Source: Rhynchobatus australiae
Lineage: Eukaryota
Reading direction: 5' to 3'
DNA: 64,000 nucleotides
Assembly (NCBI GenBank): GCA_034780895.1
Contig: JAUZTB010000066.1
Coordinates: forward strand, 13,585,387 to 13,649,386
A program made the translations under genes and the position numbers. The notes under the pieces were generated by a model. It had not been told where the DNA came from. It searched no databases and worked only from the letters and a program-made list of their open reading frames with translations. Numbering within the stretch: the first letter of the stretch is position 1; each line of letters starts with the position of its first letter. Shown one piece after another: positions 61,021 to 64,000 of the stretch.

Positions 61021-61554
61021 AATAAATACATCCCATTTCTAGCACTGACATTACTCGAGTATTGGTGTTACTCCAATATAAATATGGAGACTTAAAACTT
61101 AAATCAGGGCACAAGTATTATAGATAGCAAAAGTCGTCTTGAGCTAATAATTTTTCCCATGAACTAATGCGGTCAGATACAAAAAGATGAACTTCACAAG
61201 AAAAATTTCTAGAAATGAAAAATAAACATTTGCCATTTTCAGAATTCTTGGATTATATTAGCACTAAACACATTTATTGCAGTCTTATCAGAAAGTATTA
61301 ATAATTCTCAATTTACAAGTTTCATTTGAGAAAATATTTCCTTGTCATATTTGAAGCCAGAATTTTAATAGCTCTAGTAATTCCTTTTTTTGTTCCTTGG
61401 AGCAGTTTCTCTTTATGCCCTTTAGGACTGCCTCCTTATTGTTATGATTCCATTCCAGCATACTATGTGCATACCAAATTGTATTACCTTATCAGTATTA
61501 TACTGATGAGAACCAGATGAAATACTTAAATTATTTAATTAGCAAAATATATTC

Positions 61555-62045
61555 ATAGAATTAGAGCAAATTCACAGCACAGGTGGCAGCCATTTAGCTG
61601 AACAAGTCCATGCCAGTTGTAAAAGAGCTACCCAGCTTAATCTCACCTTCAAGCACTTTGTCCACAGTACTGCAGTGCTCTTAAGTGTGACAAGACTTTC
61701 TACGCCTGCCACCCTTTCAGACAGTGTGGGTCAAAGAAAAAATCTTCTTATTCTACCAATTGTTTCAAATCAAACACCCCTGTTCTATGACCAAGGAAAA
61801 CGGGTCCTTTAATTTACTCAACTGTATACATCTCAAATACATCTCCCCTCAACCTCTGTTCCAAAGTAAATACATTTGCTTACTCAAACTCTCTTCATGC
61901 CTGGTTTAATTCTGTTCCAATATTCCATAGGCCAACATTCTGGTAAATCTTCTGTACCCTCTGTAGTATAATTAGTGTAACAAGAGCTGTATGCAGTGTA
62001 TAAGCTGTGGTCCAACTCGTGCTGTATGGAATTCCAACATGAACC
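61555..62045 (-). mobile_element. Old CR1 3' fragment
   Basis: catagaatt...cacagcacagg..gccattt; atctcccctcaacctctgttccaaag. Confidence 0.7.
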
Positions 62046-62059
62046 CTTTGTTTTTATAC

Positions 62060-62720
62060 TTTCTGTGGGATGGTTTCCTAAATAGATTGTCAAAGTCATT
62101 TGGCAGATTGCGTCATTACCAGAGGTCACAAATAGCACCAAGAACTCAGTTGGCTTGCAGTAAGAAGGGCCCTCTCTATCAGATCCTTCCTGCACTACTA
62201 GAGTCACTGTCCCTCCATACATTGCCCCCAAGATGGATGTGGTGTAGATGAGATGACTGTCCACCTCCTCCTGGACTGTGCATTTGCCAAGAAACTGTGG
62301 AAAAGGCTGCTGTGATATTTGCTGAGATTCACCCTGAGCAGCCACACAATATAAGACTCTAATCTATGTACTGTGCCCAGGGACACATACTGAGACAAAC
62401 ATCAGCTGCTGGAAAATTATCAGCTCAGTGAAAGATGCATTTTGGTCTGGAAGCAAATGCTACTGACTGACGCATTCCAAGGTTCTGCAGTAGGTACTAA
62501 GAGGTACACTGAAGCTTGGTGCAGCCACCTCAAAGTGTAGGGTCCTACTGCCACTAAGATATTGGCCCCGTTTAAATGATGCATTGATGGTGTTCAAGGA
62601 GGACACTTGAGTGGCATCAACAGGAGTGCAAGGGAATGTATTGAATTGCTGGTACAATGTAGAAGATGACCAATTTTATATATTGTAAACAAGTATATTT
62701 TTGAAATTTAAAAAAATTAT
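62060..62720 (+). mobile_element. Tx1/L1-clade LINE 3' fragment
   Basis: From 62223: CPQDGCGVDEMTVHLLLDCAFAKKLWK (CCHC zinc knuckle), preceded by WLAVRRALSIRSFLH-like sequence; A-rich end near 62710. Confidence 0.8.
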
Positions 62721-62999
62721 GCCTTGGCTAACAAAGGAAGAGGAGTAACCATTACATTGTTATTGCAACCTCTCCATTTGAGGTATATCATACAGAATAA
62801 TAAATAACCACACATCAGAATTTAAGTCCCTGAATATGACACTTGTGCAATTGGGTGTGATCAAATCCCAGCCTGTTGTAAACAGAGGTAGGGGCAGGAG
62901 AGACTTGATACAGAACAATGTATTTGCAGAGCATCTGTAAGCTTCTCTCTCTCTCAAAGACTTCCCATTTCTACAGCATTCTTGGTATCACAAAAACCT

Positions 63000-63310
63000 C
63001 AACATTTTTACGGAAACATTACATGGAAAAAACAGATATTATGCCAAAAGACCAAAGACTTGTTCAAAGGGGAAGGCTTTAAGGAGCAAGATGGTACAGT
63101 GGTAGAGAAGTTATGGGAAAGAATATCACTGCTACCAGCCTTGGTAATATGAAGGCATCACATTCAATAGTGGCCCAATCAAGTTCAAGGAGACACAAAG
63201 GGGCAGAATTAAATAAGGAGGATGAAGGTTAAAAAAAAGAGGGTTAAGGCCCTGGAGGGATTTTAAAATAAGGTTGAGAATTTTTAAAAATCATTTGCTC
63301 AGTTTTCATT
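63000..63310 (-). mobile_element. Decayed L2-type 3' fragment
   Basis: ggctttaaggagca...gagaagttatgggaaagaatat...ggccctggagggattttaaaataagg...gagaatttt. Confidence 0.5.
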
Positions 63311-64000
63311 TTCCAAAAGAGAAAATTCATAATATTTTGTTTGAGTGAAGATTACCATTTCTTACTCATGCACTTAGATTAACTTTACTGAATTGAAAAA
63401 AGCACACTATATTTACATTATTTTAAATCTACACACATACCCTAGTTAAGTTAACTCAGCAACTATTTAAAGGGCAGTAAAATTCTTTTTCAATAAATGA
63501 ATGTATTTTTCTGTGCCTCACAAATTGGTCTCAAGATATTCTAATTACAATGTAATGACATTTTAATGAGACGTGCAGCATTCAGCAAAGCACACTGCCA
63601 TTATTAGCCTGAGCAGAATGACAATGCAATTTTCCACAGTATGCTACAGGGCATGATATATCCTGCAATATTTATGCTTGTAATCTTGAGTTTTTTTTTT
63701 AAAAGCCTTCTTCCAAATTCCTGAAGATGAAATTGAAGTAAATAAGGAGATAAATGCTAATGTTAGAAAATATTATTTGGGTTCAGCAAGATCAGCTGGC
63801 AACTATAGAATGCTTTTCCAATAGCTTCAGGGAAACAGAGCACATGTAGCATGAAGTGTTGTATCTTTATATCCTTGTCCTATTAAAAAAACAAAATACA
63901 ACCAAATGATTTTTTAAAATTTATCTGTTAATTTGCTATTTTCCAAAATATGTATTTATGGTGTTAATAGCCCTCCAAGATCTCATCCAGGGGATTATTC

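Noticed and set aside
1-64000. CRISPR arrays, tRNA/rRNA/snoRNA genes, intact autonomous transposons or endogenous viral genes
   Set aside because: None supportable; tRNA-like stretches are SINE heads, and all RT fragments are truncated or carry stops and frameshifts.

Overview
Vertebrate genomic DNA (AT-rich, about 25 N-gaps). The repeat content (CR1/HER1-type LINEs, HE1/V-SINEs, Rex1- and Tx1-like LINEs, fold-back elements) points to a cartilaginous fish, probably a batoid; this is inference. The whole window lies inside one minus-strand gene, GIT1 (ARF GTPase-activating protein GIT1). I could read 13 internal coding exons with consistent splice phases (one donor lies in a gap and one has two candidate positions), from the ankyrin repeats through the Spa2-homology domain and coiled coil into the synaptic-localisation region. 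The ArfGAP-domain exons and the C-terminal paxillin-binding exons were not found and presumably lie outside the window. Introns are filled with decayed and nested retroelements. I see no evidence of a wholly new biological system. The most interesting signals are splicing-related: a 27-nt microexon matching the mammalian 9-aa insert, a NAGNAG acceptor, an RBFOX motif cluster, twin in-frame donors, and a missing mammalian segment. Some repeat oddities are also noted. Reference protein and repeat comparisons are from memory, and repeat boundaries are approximate.
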